NCBI RefSeq assembly: GCF_037042905.1
Contig: NC_087257.1
Coordinates: 124,001 to 188,000 of the forward strand
Direction of reading: 5' to 3'
Source: Lytechinus pictus
Taxonomy: Eukaryota
Length of the DNA: 64,000 bases
A program made the position numbers and the translations under genes. Below the pieces are notes generated by a model, which was given only the letters and a program-made list of their open reading frames with translations, was not told where the DNA came from and searched no databases. Shown piece after piece: positions 35,525 to 49,365 of the stretch (within the stretch, counting starts at the first letter, position 1; each line of letters starts with the position of its first letter).

Positions 35525-37394
35525 GGGGTTTCTATTATTTGGGGCATAATAGGGGGTATCCGAGCACATATGGGTAAAGGAAGATGAGTATAATATGGTA
35601 CACATGTACATAAAACCAAGGGTGAGCCACGTGACTTGTCATGACGGGGGAGGGGGGGGGGGTTATAGAATGAAGAAATATAATGCCACATAGCACATCC
35701 CTGGTTTAATGGGTTTTTATTATTAAGGGCTCATTGCAGGTTGGATATGATGATGATGAGGAGGAGGGTATCCAGCCAATTGGTTGTCACGTTACTTGAT
35801 GTGGGGCCGGGGGGGGGGGGGTGGGTAGCAGATAATGCCATATAAGACCTCTTAGGAATTCGGGGGAAATTATTTTTAGGGGCCTGATAGGGGTATCTGA
35901 TAGGGTCAAGGATGATGATGAGTATCAAGGTAGTGTAGCCCAGGGGATGTCACATGAATAGTCATGGGGGGGGGGGGTAGGAAGAGAATGCAGAAATTAG
36001 ATGACACACAGGATTTCCTTGGTTTTAGGGGTTTTTATAGTTGAGAGCATAATTGGGGTCTCTGAGGTATTGGGAGAGAGGATATTTATGAGGAAGAGGG
36101 TATCCAGCCAATTGGGGTGTCATGACGTGATAGATGAGTGGGGGGGGGGGGGATACAAAAATGTTTAATACCTTATAGCACCCTCTTCGATATAGAGGTT
36201 TTATTTTTAAGGCATTCCGGAGAGGGAGTATCTGAGCTCGTAGAGGTGAGGACTGAGGATGGGTGTAAGGGTATACCTTTAGCCAAGTAGGGTGTCACCT
36301 GACTCAGAACATGGAAGGGGGTTTTAAATGCAGATATATAATGCCATACAGCACCACCTTGGTTTAAGGGGTTTTTATTATTAAGGGCATAAAAGCGGGT
36401 CTCTGAGCTCATGTGGGGGGGGGGGTGGGCTAAAGGATATTGATGAAGAGTATATCCAGATAATCGGTGTGACTTAAAAAGGGTCAGGGGTTGAATGCAA
36501 AAATATGATGATGATTAGGAGGGTAAATAGCCAAGGGGATATCACGTGACTTCATAATGGGTGGTGGGGGAGGGGCGAATGTCTTGATATAATGCCTTAT
36601 ATAGCTCCTCTTTACTGTAAGGAGATTTTCTTATTTACGGCATAATAGGGTGTCTTTGCTCATGGGGGATAAAAATGATGAAGGATATATAGCTCACGAG
36701 GTGTCACGCTACTTGATTATGTGCGGGGGGGGGGGGGCAAATGAGGATAAAGACCCCTTTGGCTTCAATGGATTTTATTTATTATAGTTACTATAAATTG
36801 CAGAATTAATATTACTGGTAAGGATATTCAACGGGAACCAGGCCTTTAAAAGAGTATAACGCATGTACTATACATTGAAACTGTTATATTTGTTTCTTAT
36901 ATTTGTTATCAATAAAAGATGGTATACTAATAACTGAAATTCATTCGTTTGCTTTCATCTCGTCTCTTTTATTTTCCTTTATTCAATTTGACAGATTACT
37001 ATCTGGCACTTCAAAATTCGCGCAGTTTGTCCCCACGACATCATGGTCAGTCTTACAAAATGTTGCCGAGTAGTTCAAAACATCTTTACGTCCTTTTCAC
37101 CCCGTTGAAATTAGAAGGAGCACGCAATAAGGATCAATACCCTACGTTACCATCTTCGAATTGCAACACAACAATGATGCCATAATGATGATTCGAGGAT
37201 CCTCTTACAATGGATATTAGATTGTGGATTGAAGAGTTTCCTAATTGAATTATAATTCTAGTTCACTCACAGGACACACAGTAAAAACCTAGGGCAATGT
37301 GATTTTATAATTGGCATGTCTATATTTATATTGAAGTATTTATCATGGGGAGATGTTCCTTTTTCTGAATGTCATAATGCTGAAAATGAAATAA

Positions 37395-37700
37395 GATTCG
37401 TTATTCTGGAAATGGAAAAAGCGTTATTTCCAACATTTGTGGCGTTATTCCGAAGGTTCGTTAGTCCGAAAATAAAATACATGTCGTTATTCTAAAGGTC
37501 CGATATTCCAAAAATAAACTTAAGGCTCGTTATTCCTTGGGTTCATTTGTCAGAAATTCAAATAAGACGACTGATTTACTCTGTGCCATTTCCGGAATCA
37601 AACTTTCGGAATAATGCCGCGAACGACCCCTTCTTCATTTACGAACTAATGAACATCCAGGTATACCAAATTTGAGTGTTATGGAATAACAAACCTTATT
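37395..37700. repeat. Degenerate short-unit repeat (ttattccgaaggttcg-like), probably a MITE relic
   Basis: Recurrent motif in both orientations. Confidence 0.5.
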
Positions 37701-38827
37701 TTATTTTCCAACTTAGCCTCTTCTTATGTTCTATATAATTATTTATATCTAATTTATGCACCCATGCACTTTTCTGAAACTGAAAAATGTGCCGGTTATT
37801 TTTTTCTTTTTGTCGCCAAAAATGAGAGGCGGGTGGCAATAAAAAGAAGGGGGGGGGGTGACCGATTCGCCCCCCTTGATCCACTACTGCTATGAACAAA
37901 ATATATATATCTACATCTCTTATTTCAATTCGTCATTTCCATATTGTATCTCAAATATTATGAATTCCATCCCATAATTTGTCTATAGATCTATCCCTTT
38001 TTATTTGTACATTTCTTCTGACTTCTTCACTTCTTGACTTTATCATTATCATGTCTTCTTTCAAGGGACAGATAATCTCTAGTTGGTATTTTGACATTGG
38101 AACTACAGGTGCATTACCTGTATGATACGCTACAAATTGCTTATTGAGCTTCTTCAGATACATTTACTAATACATGCCTAACTACTCCAAAATAATGAGA
38201 CTATTCTTTTACCGTTCAAAATAAAGAAAAATAAAGTTACATGTATATTAAAATCGGAATTTTGAGGTTAGCATAACATATATTACGTACTTTAAGCGAT
38301 GGATATAATCAATGCGGATTATCGAACCGTTTATGCTTCAAAACTAGCATGTGTGTGCGTTCTTGAAAAAGCTAATTAAAATCGATGTGTTACACTGAAC
38401 GATTTATGATACAAAATTAAGTTCACCCTCTACGAAGGTGAAAGAAGTTTTGGAAAATAACAGACATCGTGTTTTGTTCTCGGTTATTAATTCGGACTAT
38501 TTTCAAGGGGCAGGGGCGGCGGAACAGTGAGACTGGGGGCACGTAGCCCCAATCCCCTTTACTTTATTCATATATTTTTTAGCGGACTTCTGGTCGCCGA
38601 AGGGGAGTCGTGACCCCCCACCATTTTTCTGGCCTGCATTAACATCAAACTCTTAGTGAATGTATACATTCTGAAAATCTGTGATAGCAAGCGCCCCCAG
38701 CTTTTTATTTTTAATTACTTTGCGCACTGTCCATAATACTGAAAAATATTAAGTATAAAATACTTTTGTAAGCAGATGAGTTTTCGAAAATAAAAAGCTA
38801 ATTCATTTATCGAAGGTATCAAACACT

Positions 38828-39077
38828 GTGGCCCGAATTCAAAAAGGTGGTTTCGTTTGAGACCGTGGTTTTCACAAACCGTGGGTTTTATAAACCATGG
38901 TTTTTCAAAAAGCATGGTTTCTAAAACTTGCGATTCACAAACAATGGTTTCTAAAACCCACGGTTTCAACAGTGGTCTCAAATGAAACCATGGTTTCAAC
39001 AGTGGACTCAAATGAAACCATGGTTTCAACCGTGGGTTTTACCTAAAAACCAGGGATTTCCCCTTTTTTAGCGTGTA
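38828..39077. repeat. AAACC(A/G)TGGTTT palindromic-unit array, DNA transposon subterminal-like
   Basis: Repeated aaaccatggtttc; ends in TTTTTTAGCGTGTA. Confidence 0.6.
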
Positions 39078-39225
39078 CTGAGCATGCTCAGTTCATTTAA
39101 AACTTACATTCTACAGCTAGCACTAGCAATACGGTCTGATTCTTCACTAACTACAATTTTTTTTCGTTGAAATATAAAACATTGAAAAAAGGTGTAATTT
39201 TATTCGCTTCTAGCTAGTATCTCCA

Positions 39226-41625
39226 ACTCCAATCTATGAAGGGAAAGGCCCACGGAATGAAGAAGCAAATTATCGCCCAATATCTGTCCTTAGTCATATC
39301 TCTAAAATAATAGAAAAGGAAATTCAAGAGCAACTGCTCCGATATCTCCTTAAACACAATCTTATCAATACTGAACAGTACGCGTTCCTACCACACCACT
39401 CAACGACTACGTGTCTCCACAGAGTCATTGGTGAATTTATTGATGCATTTAATGAAAAAGAAAAAATAGGAGCATGTTTTTTAGATATATCGAAATGTTT
39501 CGATTGTGTAGACCATGAGATTCTACTATTTAAGATGCAACAATATGGTATAGTAGGAAATATGCTTAAGTGGTTCACATGTTACCTTAAAAACAGACAT
39601 CAGGTTGTTTTTTCACAAGGAAAGCTTTCTGCCAAGAAAGAACTTTCTGTAGGGGTACCTCAAGGGGGAGTTCTTGCTCCCACGCTCTTTTTGCTGTTTA
39701 TAAATAATTTTTAAATAATTTACACTGGCTCCCTATTAAACAACGTATTAATTTTAAGTTACTTCTCTTTGTATACAAATCTCTCTATAACCTAGCCCCA
39801 AAATACTTGTCTGATTGTTTAGAAATTTATGTCCCAGGTAGAAAAACTAGATCCTCTGAAGACCCACTTAAATTAACATATCCAACAAAAAGAAAACAGA
39901 CCGGAGATAGAACATTCACCGTTGCATCCTCAATGGAATGGAACAAACTCCCTCTCACAATAAGACAATCCCCAACAATTGAGTCCTTCAAGAAATCCCT
40001 TAAAACCCTTTTGTTCTAGGCAACTGCCTTCATTTAATATGTCATTCTGATTTTTGTTTGTATAAATAAGTTAAATGAAATTGTGAGCGCTTTGGGCAAT
40101 GTGGGAAAAGCGCGTTATAAATGTTGAGTATTATTATTATTATTATTATTATATCACAATCAATTAAGTCTGGTGTTATAGCAATTCATGCTGATGATGT
40201 TATTATATTTGAGACTGGTAAAGATGTTGAGACAATTACTTCAAAATTGCAATCAAATATGGATTCCCTTAATGACTGGTATAAACTTAATCATTTAAAG
40301 ATAAATATCGACAAAAAAAATTTATGTTTTTAAAAACACGCTCCCATGATGTAATGAAAATATTTATTGATAGGACTGAAATTGAACAAGTTAAGTCAAT
40401 TCGTCATTTAGGGGTTTTAATACGTGAAAATCTTAAATGGGACATTCACGTCAATAACTTATGCAAATCCATTGGATTCAAGATCCGTTCCCTTGGACAA
40501 TTAAGAAAGTCCTTCATTATTAAACACCCTTTATAAATTAACAATACAACCTTGCATCGATTATGGACTACCTATTTGGGGAAATACTACTGATAAAAAC
40601 AAAAGCAAAATTTATAGATTGCAAAAAAGAGCCGCACGTTACATAACTGGAAACTTTGATCAAAATATTTCTCTTAAAACACTTGTAAAAAACCTTTCCT
40701 GGACTAATATGGATGAGCGAAAAGAACACTTTCTTGCCACACAAATGTTTAAATGTATACAAGGATTAGCCCCTCCCCAACTTTGTAATGACATTGAAAT
40801 GGTCTGTGACCGACATAATTACCATACAAGAAATAATGATAGCCTTAACGTAGTTGCACCTATTGTTCGCCTTTCAATTTTCAAACAAGCTTTCAGATTT
40901 CCGGTGCCAAACGATGAAACGACATACCCCATAATATTCAAAATGCACAAACTATCGAAACATTTAAATTGATTTATAAGAAGTTTTATTTCAATAATTA
41001 ATATTATATGCTTCTTGTCCCATTTTACTTTATTTTTCTCTTTTGATTGTGTTAATGATTTGGGATATCAAATATGTTGGAACGAATGATTTTTATGTAA
41101 TATAATTCTTAGCAAATAAACTTTCATTACTTAACTTGGCGATATTTATTTTGTAAAATTGTATACTTAAGTCTAGTATGATATCCTCAATGATAACTAT
41201 ATTCTTAATTTCTTTCATAAATTTTGTTGATTTTTGTATTTACTATGTCAATGATATCATGCATCTTAATTTATATTTCACAGTTATTGTATTGTCTACA
41301 GGATATTTTTCCCATTTCATCAAAAAAAAAAAAATTAATACATGGATTTGGTCCACTGATTCTATTGTTCTCTGGCTGAGGCAGGTAGTGGTGAGTCAGG
41401 GAATTGTGACTGGTAGTGTATTTTATCTTTGAACAATTTTGTATTAGTGATAATTCTGATTTTAAATGTTATTGAATTCCCTCATTACTGTACAGAACCC
41501 AAGTTACTCTTTTATCTATTATGTATATATTGTTTTTTTATGTTAACAGGACCAGGCTGAAAAACAGTCAATCTGAGCCTGTTATCCTGTATAAAGATAT
41601 TTTAATAAATAAAAAAATAGAATAA
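39226..41625 (+). mobile_element. 5'-truncated CR1/L2-group (Crack/Daphne-like) LINE, decayed, split by a nested L2
   Basis: NYRPISVLS, FLDISKCFDCVDH, GVPQGGVLAPTLFLLFIN, then HADD, LQKRAARYI; long 3' UTR with stem-loop and A-rich tail. Confidence 0.9.
39709..40150 (+). mobile_element. Nested L2-type LINE 3' fragment
   Basis: LHWLPIKQRINFK...GDRTF...WNKLP...FKKSLKTLLF followed by a (TAT)n tail. Confidence 0.9.
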
Positions 41626-42834
41626 AATCTCGAATTCCCAGGTACAGCTAGGCGCGTGCGTGTATAATAGCTAGCTGCTGTACTTTATTGGTGCTGGACT
41701 CGGACCCCGCTCAACAACTGCTTTATTTTGTGATCATAATTTATTTTTCTCACTTTTTTCGCAGAAGATAGACTTTCTTGTATTCCCTTGACTCAATTTC
41801 TTCATATATGGAGTAAAATTCAGTGTAGATGCACGATTTTTTGAGGTTTTTCACCTTTTCTGTCTGATCGTGAGTAGCGAAAACGGGAGCGAAAAACGGA
41901 TGAATGATTCGGTGCTTTTCATCGCGATACTACGTAGCTCGGCCCCCGTAGCTGCCGTCGCGCTTCAGCCCCGAATATCCCCGACGGAAGTTGGTATGTA
42001 CAGTCAAAGAGCTTGGCTAAGACCTGAGTGAAGCTTGACATCGTAGGCTCTGCCCTTCTATTTTTTTAAGTAAATATTTTTATAGATATTTCTTTTCCAT
42101 GGTGTATAGCTTAGTTTTAAGTAGTAATAGGCTTCAATTTATTTGACTTTGTCAAGTTTGTGTCGTGAATGTTCGATTCAGGCTAAGTCAGTAGTACACA
42201 GGGGCTGCAGGGGGGGGGGGGGCGTTTTGCCCCAGCCCCAAAAATGATTGTGGTGATAGGCTGTGTCAGCATGCTGGGCTGAAAGAAGCGATCAATAAAA
42301 AAAGGGGGCTTAGCATTATTTTAGCAGAATTTAAAATAACTTGGACAAAATGATCTAATATCGCCCCTTTCAATTTTTTCCCCCGATTTATTTTCTTTAA
42401 GTTTTCTTGCAGCTTACTATGAATAATATGTTGCTTTTTATATTAATTTTTCCCTGGTGTACAGCTTAGAATGAGTTATATGCTTATTACGTGACTGTTA
42501 CTTTGAGTATAAAGTGAAATATACATGGGGGCCGGCTTGAGATGATATCACCCCGGCCCCCAAAATGTTAAAAACCATGGCCCTACGCAGCAGTTGCCCC
42601 CCCCCCCTGGAATTTTTGAAAATTTAATTTTACTGAAAATTTTTATATCCGCTGAAAGTGTGCATGAAAACATTCAGTTTCACTTTCAAAAATTCAAATA
42701 TTAAGAATACAGTGTTTACTATGTGATTATTCAACTTTATATGGCAAATAATAAAACCCACTTTACAGAGAGATATTTTAGAAGAAATATTTTGACTGTT
42801 GATTTATATCTTGTGCATATGCATTTTCCTGAGA

Positions 42835-43372
42835 CGAATGGAGATGATGAGAAAAATGGAGATGTTGCGAAAGTGAACTGTTGAGAGGGATGGAAATGAT
42901 GAGAGGAATAGAGATGATGAGGGTGATGGAGATAATGGGAGGGATGGAGGTGATTGAGACGAGGAATGGAGGGGATCTGAGGATGGAGATGAGAGATGAA
43001 AGGGTAGAGTGATGGATATTGAGTGGAGGGATGGAGATAGTGAGGAGGAAGGGGAGATGATTAGAGGAGGGATGTAGATGAGAGGGATATAGATAGATGA
43101 GAGGAGTGATGGAGATAAAAGGCGGATGGAGATGAAAGGGGATGATAATTACTATCGTCATCAACATCATTGCCATTATCAACACTAACATCACCATTGC
43201 TATCATCTTTATCGTCATTACCAACCTCATCATCATCATCACCACCAACATCGATACCTTAACATATACGACCACCACCATCATCACCACCATCAAACTC
43301 GTAACCGCCAACTTCATCATCAACATCCTCGTCACCACCATATTTATCTTAATCATCTTCATGATTATTTCA
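42835..43372. repeat. GA/GAT-rich followed by (CAT/CAC)n low-complexity tracts
   Basis: Composition. Confidence 0.85.
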
Positions 43373-44035
43373 TAAAATCATTAAAAAAGGGAAAAGACTT
43401 CTCTTCTAGTATCTTTCTGTATATCTTTAATTTGCATGATACCACCTTGCACCTTGGAAATTCACACCAGGAAATTCGATAAAAATATAACACTGAAAAT
43501 CTAATACTCAATTGGCATTTTGAAAACATATTGTAAAATTACAAATATTTGTGAAATAGATAAATACTTATTCCAAGTTTTGATATATTGCCACATCATT
43601 CTTGTATTACAATACAATAATGGCCCAAATAAAATAAATATTAGTGTTAATTATTAGCTGGTGTTTTTCTGATTGCCCGAGTCGAGCTCTACTTGTTAGG
43701 CTACCTGGTTTCCCCAACTAGGCTACATGTTATCCTTTGGGGTCAGTTGAAATTATATTTTTTCCAAGAGAATGTATTAATTGCCCTTTTAATTTGTTTC
43801 ATCCATGCCCCCTAAATGTGCATGTGCCATACCAAGCTAGTGTTTTCCTAGTTCCCCGAGATGAGCTTTACTCATAAGGCTACCTGGTTGCCCCAGCTAG
43901 GCTGTTGCCCTGGGGACACATGAAAAGAATACATTTTAACAAAAAACAAGGTAAACCATGAGTCTTGTGTGATATTACGATCAATAAACTATGCAATATG
44001 ATCTTTTGACCTTATCATTCTCTTGGACGTACGTT

Positions 44036-44930
44036 TGATTGATTGATTGATTTTATTTGTCAGGTAACTATGAACAAGTACAATAAAATATGAACAGAAG
44101 TGTAAACCTTGACAGGATTGCCCATGAAAGCCGAGATGGCTTATTTCCAATGGGGTCCTTACATCAGTAATTGAATACAATGTACATCTATGAAAAAACA
44201 CCTATAGAAATCTACAAACTACATCAATTAAGTCTAGCCCACTAAATTAACACGATGAACTGTAAAACTTAATATATAAAAAGACAAAAACAAATAAGTT
44301 TGTCATGAAAAACATTTACGCAGTCAACAAAATATGATTAAAATAATTGTAAACAGGTTGAGTAAACGATCATTACTTTTAAGTTACATATGAGAATTAT
44401 ACTAATAATCAGTTTTTGAGTAGCGCTAAATGCATCGTAACTAATACAAGATTCATGAATCGTAAAACCTAAGATATGAAAAAGTACGAATAAGTTAGAC
44501 ATCAAACTTTCACGCAAACAACAAAAGATGATGAAACAATGTAAAACAAGTTGATTAAATAAATCATAACTAAATAGTTGACTACACGATACACATGAAA
44601 TTAGAAAGAATATTTAACATTACAGAGTGGGGACATTTTTTAAGTGTTGTTTCAATACTCTTTTAAATTGTGTGAAAGTCTTAACCGATTTAACATGATT
44701 AGGGAGGGAATTCCAAAAATGTATACCTTTATAATAAAATGTGTTGCCAATTTGACCTTTTCTCATAGGTACCATAAAGTTAAACAGGCTATTTCTTGTT
44801 TCATGCCCGTGAATATTAGATGACCGTGTAAAATCTTTTGATATGTAATGATATTCGTTTGAATAGAAAATTTTATGAACATGGTGAAGTATAAGTTGTT
44901 GCGACGTGTGGTATCTAATAACCAATGATT
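44036..44930 (-). mobile_element. Crack/L2-group LINE 3' fragment
   Basis: IHGHETRNS...TFYYKGIHFWNSLP...FKRVLKQHL; 3' UTR stem-loop (aggaccccattggaaataag); (AATC)n tail. Confidence 0.85.
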
Positions 44931-45339
44931 ATCTTTACCAAGTGTAAACACAACTAATGCAAGAACAAAGAAATGAGAGCGATTTGAATTGATGACCCTT
45001 GACCTAATCATCCTCATGGACACAAATGCATATTTTGGGGCATGCAATAAACTTTCTGTGAGCTATCAAAGTTCTAATCATTTGAAAAAAATACAATTTA
45101 AAATATGTGAGAATATTTCACATAAAAAAGTTAATGAGGAATTTACATTTGATGCTTCTAGATTACATAGTGTTTTTTTTAAGGACTGTTTAAATCTAAA
45201 AATTATTGAAGACACATGTAGTCTGTGAAATAAACTAAATCTGATAAAATTAATTGATTAATTTCAAATACTTAAAAAAAAAAAGATTACATGATTTTCC
45301 TTTGTATTCATGTGAAATTCTTAGTAATCATGCGCTATT

Positions 45340-45935
45340 TCAACCCTACAACCGCCGGGGGGGGGGGGTGGGGGTTGAACCACCCCCCCCCCCCACCCTC
45401 GACATTTTCCACAACCATTCCGCTGTGTGAAATTCTACGACCGTGCCGCTCGCCAACATTTTACTTTGAAGTCTTGCACATCTTTTGAGACCAAATTTAC
45501 GATGCCTGGGTATGCAGTCGGAAAATTACTCAACTTTAAATAAGTGCATGTCAGACCCAAAATTGCACCAAAACGTGATTTTGTGTACAAAGTCAATGTT
45601 AAGTTTTCTCATATTCTTCATAAAGAAAAACAAAAGGTTGAAAAACAAAGATATACATAAGAAATTCATAAAACAATAAAATACATACTAAATTCATTTT
45701 CAAACTAGGATTTTTTTCATTTTTGATTGTTAGCAATGGTATAAAAGCATGACTTTGCATAAATTAGCATAATTAATTCATATAAAAGATCTGACGATTT
45801 CGGAAAAATTAACCATACAGCATTGCACATTACACCCCCACTATTATCATACCAATTTTCAAGGCATTTATGTGATCATTGGCCGAGATCTCAAGGTAGG
45901 TTGATTCAACCCCCTCCCCCCCCCCCCCCCCAGTG
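45340..45935 (+). mobile_element. Diverged copy of the piggyBac-type MITE at 25682-26390
   Basis: Shared internal blocks (taagtgcatgtcagacc, ataaattagcataattaattcatata). Confidence 0.8.
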
Positions 45936-46009
45936 AAAAAGTGTTAAAAAGAAAAGACACAAATAAATAATGAAATTTTCACTTGTACATTACAAAAAAT
46001 ACCTGTTCT

Positions 46010-46608
46010 AGAGCAAGTCCACTGTACAACAACAAGTTAATTTGAATGGATAGAGAAAAATAAAACGGGCATGACACTGAACATGTTGAAAACATCAAAA
46101 TAGGATGTAAAATAAGAAAGTAATGACATATCTCAAAGAATCACATAAATCACTTATATGCACAAAACAGGTGATATGCAAACAAGTCTATGATGTCACA
46201 CACTCACTCTTTCTTTTGTATATCAATATACGAAATATATTACAATACTTGACTTTTTACAGAATTCACAATTACAATAAAACTCTTCATCGAATTGAGT
46301 ATAGGTTGCCAGAATGGCTTTTTACAAAAGTTTCAGGGGGAAATCAAACCATACACTTGTATTTTATACACATTATGAGGGGGAAAAAAATCATATTTCA
46401 TGAAAAATTTTACGAAACAGTGAGTGGAGACTGTCATGACTCATTTGCACACTGACCAGGATGTGTATTTGTGAAAATAAGCGAAACTTCAAAATGTCAG
46501 AACCTCCTCATTTTGCATCAAATTTTGATGAAATTTTCGTGTTATGCTCATTGGAATTTTTCTTTATTATATCAAAGAAACTTTTGTTTGGGTGGACTTG
46601 GCCTTCAA
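46010..46608. mobile_element. Decayed MITE with CAAGTCCAC/GTGGACTTG termini (Kolobok-like)
   Basis: Inverted motifs at 46014-22 and 46592-600; TTAA-like flanks are degenerate. Confidence 0.55.
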
Positions 46609-47359
46609 GAAAGTACAAAGCTTGTTTCCCTCCAGGAATTCCTATTATCTTTAACTCTTTAACTCTTTAAGAGCAATTGGCAGCTATAGTTGCCCATAGC
46701 CGTCTAGTGCCATTGGCAGCTATAAATGCCCAAGTACCTTTTTTTTTTTTTGCCAATTTTACAGCCAGAAAATCAACACCATATTCTGTGTTTTTTATGT
46801 TGTTATATGGGCAAGGAATTCACAATTAATTTTGTCATATAAAAAATAATGGTTTACATATAAATTTTTTTAATAAAATTGTATTTTTGCATCAGTATTT
46901 TGAAGAGTTGATTTCGGATATTGCCGCGATCTGAATCAAGATTTCCCCTATAGACACGTGTGATATAATGGTTGTGTGTAGCAATACACGTATTTCTATG
47001 GGCAGAGCAAAGGAAAGTGTGCGAAGGCATTCAGCTCGGAATTGACCAATGACAGAGCGGTACGATGTCTCTCACCCAATGCAACTCGCCCATGCGCTAT
47101 TGTTTTATGAATATTCATGAGCTATCTATCGGGTCTTTTGCAGGCCGGTATGGTGGTATTCTTGTGTCAAGGCTTTTTTCTGCCTGCAAATGTGCACGGT
47201 TTGGGGGGGGGATTTTCTGGGGGGAGGGGGGGGGGGACGGGGAAAGGTCTTATCCTTTTAGTTTTTTTTTGCATTCTCACAAAATTGTTCTCGTTATAAA
47301 TATTTGAGTAAAGAAGGCTGTCATTTCCAACTCTCGTCGCACTGCAATCATCACACTCA

Positions 47360-47565
47360 TTATTTATTTATTCATTTATTGTTATTATTATCATTATTAG
47401 TATTACTATTATCGTAATCATTATTATCATCATTGTTATTGTTCTTATTAGTTTTATTATCATTATTCTTCTCCTTCACCTTCTTCGTATTATTATTAAT
47501 GTAATTGCCATCAGAATCCTCATCATCATCATTATGATTATTATTAAAAAATTATTGTAATCATA
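47360..47565. repeat. (TTA/TCA)n low-complexity tract
   Basis: Composition. Confidence 0.85.
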
Positions 47566-49365
47566 TCAATTGCATTCCTTCTGCCTCCAAACTCTCTCTT
47601 CATAAACTTAAGATCAGGTAAATGACGGTTCATATTCGTTTGTATTTTTATAGCCAAAACCATTATATAAAAAAAGAATGATTGACATTTTTATGCTTAT
47701 CAATAAAATATTCAAACTTCTCACAAAAATATGAATCGTTCAAGATTCTCCTCGAATAAAATAGGAAGAAGCAAAAAAAAATAAATGTGATAATTAAAAC
47801 GCTGATAATACCGCTTTATTCGTCTCAAGATTTTTTTTTCAAGGTGGATGTTTTTCCTTTGCTAAATCGAACCATTGGTCAAAGAAAATATAAACGGAGT
47901 ATATACAGGAATATCAGATGTTTTGAGGAAAAGAGAGAAAGGGATAAATTAACAAAACCGATCAGACCAACCTGTTAGTTGCTGCATCATTGACGTCACT
48001 ATCAAGGGTATTTTAAAACGACTTTAGAGAGTAGAAATAAAAATGATAACGACGATAATGGGTTGAATATTACATTTCTTTATACTACGTTTATTATTGT
48101 ACATTATGTTATCTGAACAAATTATTTTTTTTACCACGGATAGTGCTACGAGCTGGGGAGGCCCTGGGCGGATGCAGGATTTTCTGTAGGGGGGGGGGAA
48201 TTTTTTTTCTTTACCTGGGTCACCCATAAAAAAGCAAAATGTGAAAAGAAATAAATACCGGAACAAAAGTCAAATCAAAAGACGCGCGTGAGCCCCGATT
48301 TATATGAACATCCTGTGCTAAATTAGTTTTACTCTCCTAGATAATAGGTCAGGAGGGAACACGGATTGCTCGTGAAAGAGAGTCTGGGCATCTATTGTTT
48401 ATGACTTGGTGGCATGAACAAAATAATGTTGTCGCGTTGAATGTTAACATGTGGCTACTTTGGTCAGACCAGTAATACAGAACAAATAGGCCTATTTTCT
48501 TTTTAAAAATTTGTATTTTTTTGTTTGTAGCTGATCTGCATTTCCTCTTCTTTGATTCACGAAAAATAATTTATTTTTTCTTACTCCTGTGCACTTTGCC
48601 AGATTTTGTGGGATTTTATATCCCAAACTTGTACGTATTGAATCTGTCCGACCCCTCTTTATCTATATCTCAATATATCATCTTTAGTTCTTTTATGTTT
48701 TGTCTCCTTCTGGCTGGCAATGACTTTGTTTGTTACACTACGAATAAAAAAAAATTACAGAGTCTTATTTTGAAGACTACATGAATGAAAGGGTACAGTT
48801 GGCCGCACTTTGAAGATACATGGCTCTAATATATTATTGAGTGTGTTTGCGTGGGGATCGCAGCTGTGCTGTGATTGGTCACTTGATCGACGACAATGCC
48901 CTTTTTTGGAACAGGTCGTAATCAATAGCGTGTGTATATATACTCTCTCGTACTTCAGAGGAAATAACTTGAATAGCAAAATAGTATTTTATTCAAAAGA
49001 GCATTATTTTTCGTTATTTCTGTTTGTTCAATTTCATCAATAGATATGTCATTTGAAAGGGTAAACATTGAACTTTCATTTTGTCTTCTTAATTTCTTGG
49101 TATCGTTACAATTCCTCACGTTATTTACTCTTTGAAATGTTCATGAAATCATAATTTTCTAGGTTTTACTTAAAAAAAAAACGATTAAAAATATTACATC
49201 TTTTCTCCATTTTTCAAACGCGAATATGAAAGATAATAACACGACCATAAAGCCCATGAACCATGCATCATTTCATGTGTAGAAGGTTTCATTATACAAT
49301 GTACGGGTACAGAATTATGACCGTTTTAAAATCAGTCGCTGCTCACGTTTCGGTCAATTTAGTCA

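Larger units (their letters stand above)
27281..36740. repeat. G-run-rich ~500-bp tandem repeat (units at ~27281, 27696, 28202; resumes at 35525 and decays), split by the Gypsy insertion
   Basis: Repeated ggggtgtcaaatgaatagttatgggg... units; related sequence at ~9820-9870 and 10310-10560. Confidence 0.85.

Noticed and set aside
41930-42000. Possible promoter or first exon (CpG-rich, CGGAAGT, GTATGT donor)
   Set aside because: No downstream exons could be linked; probably part of a repeat
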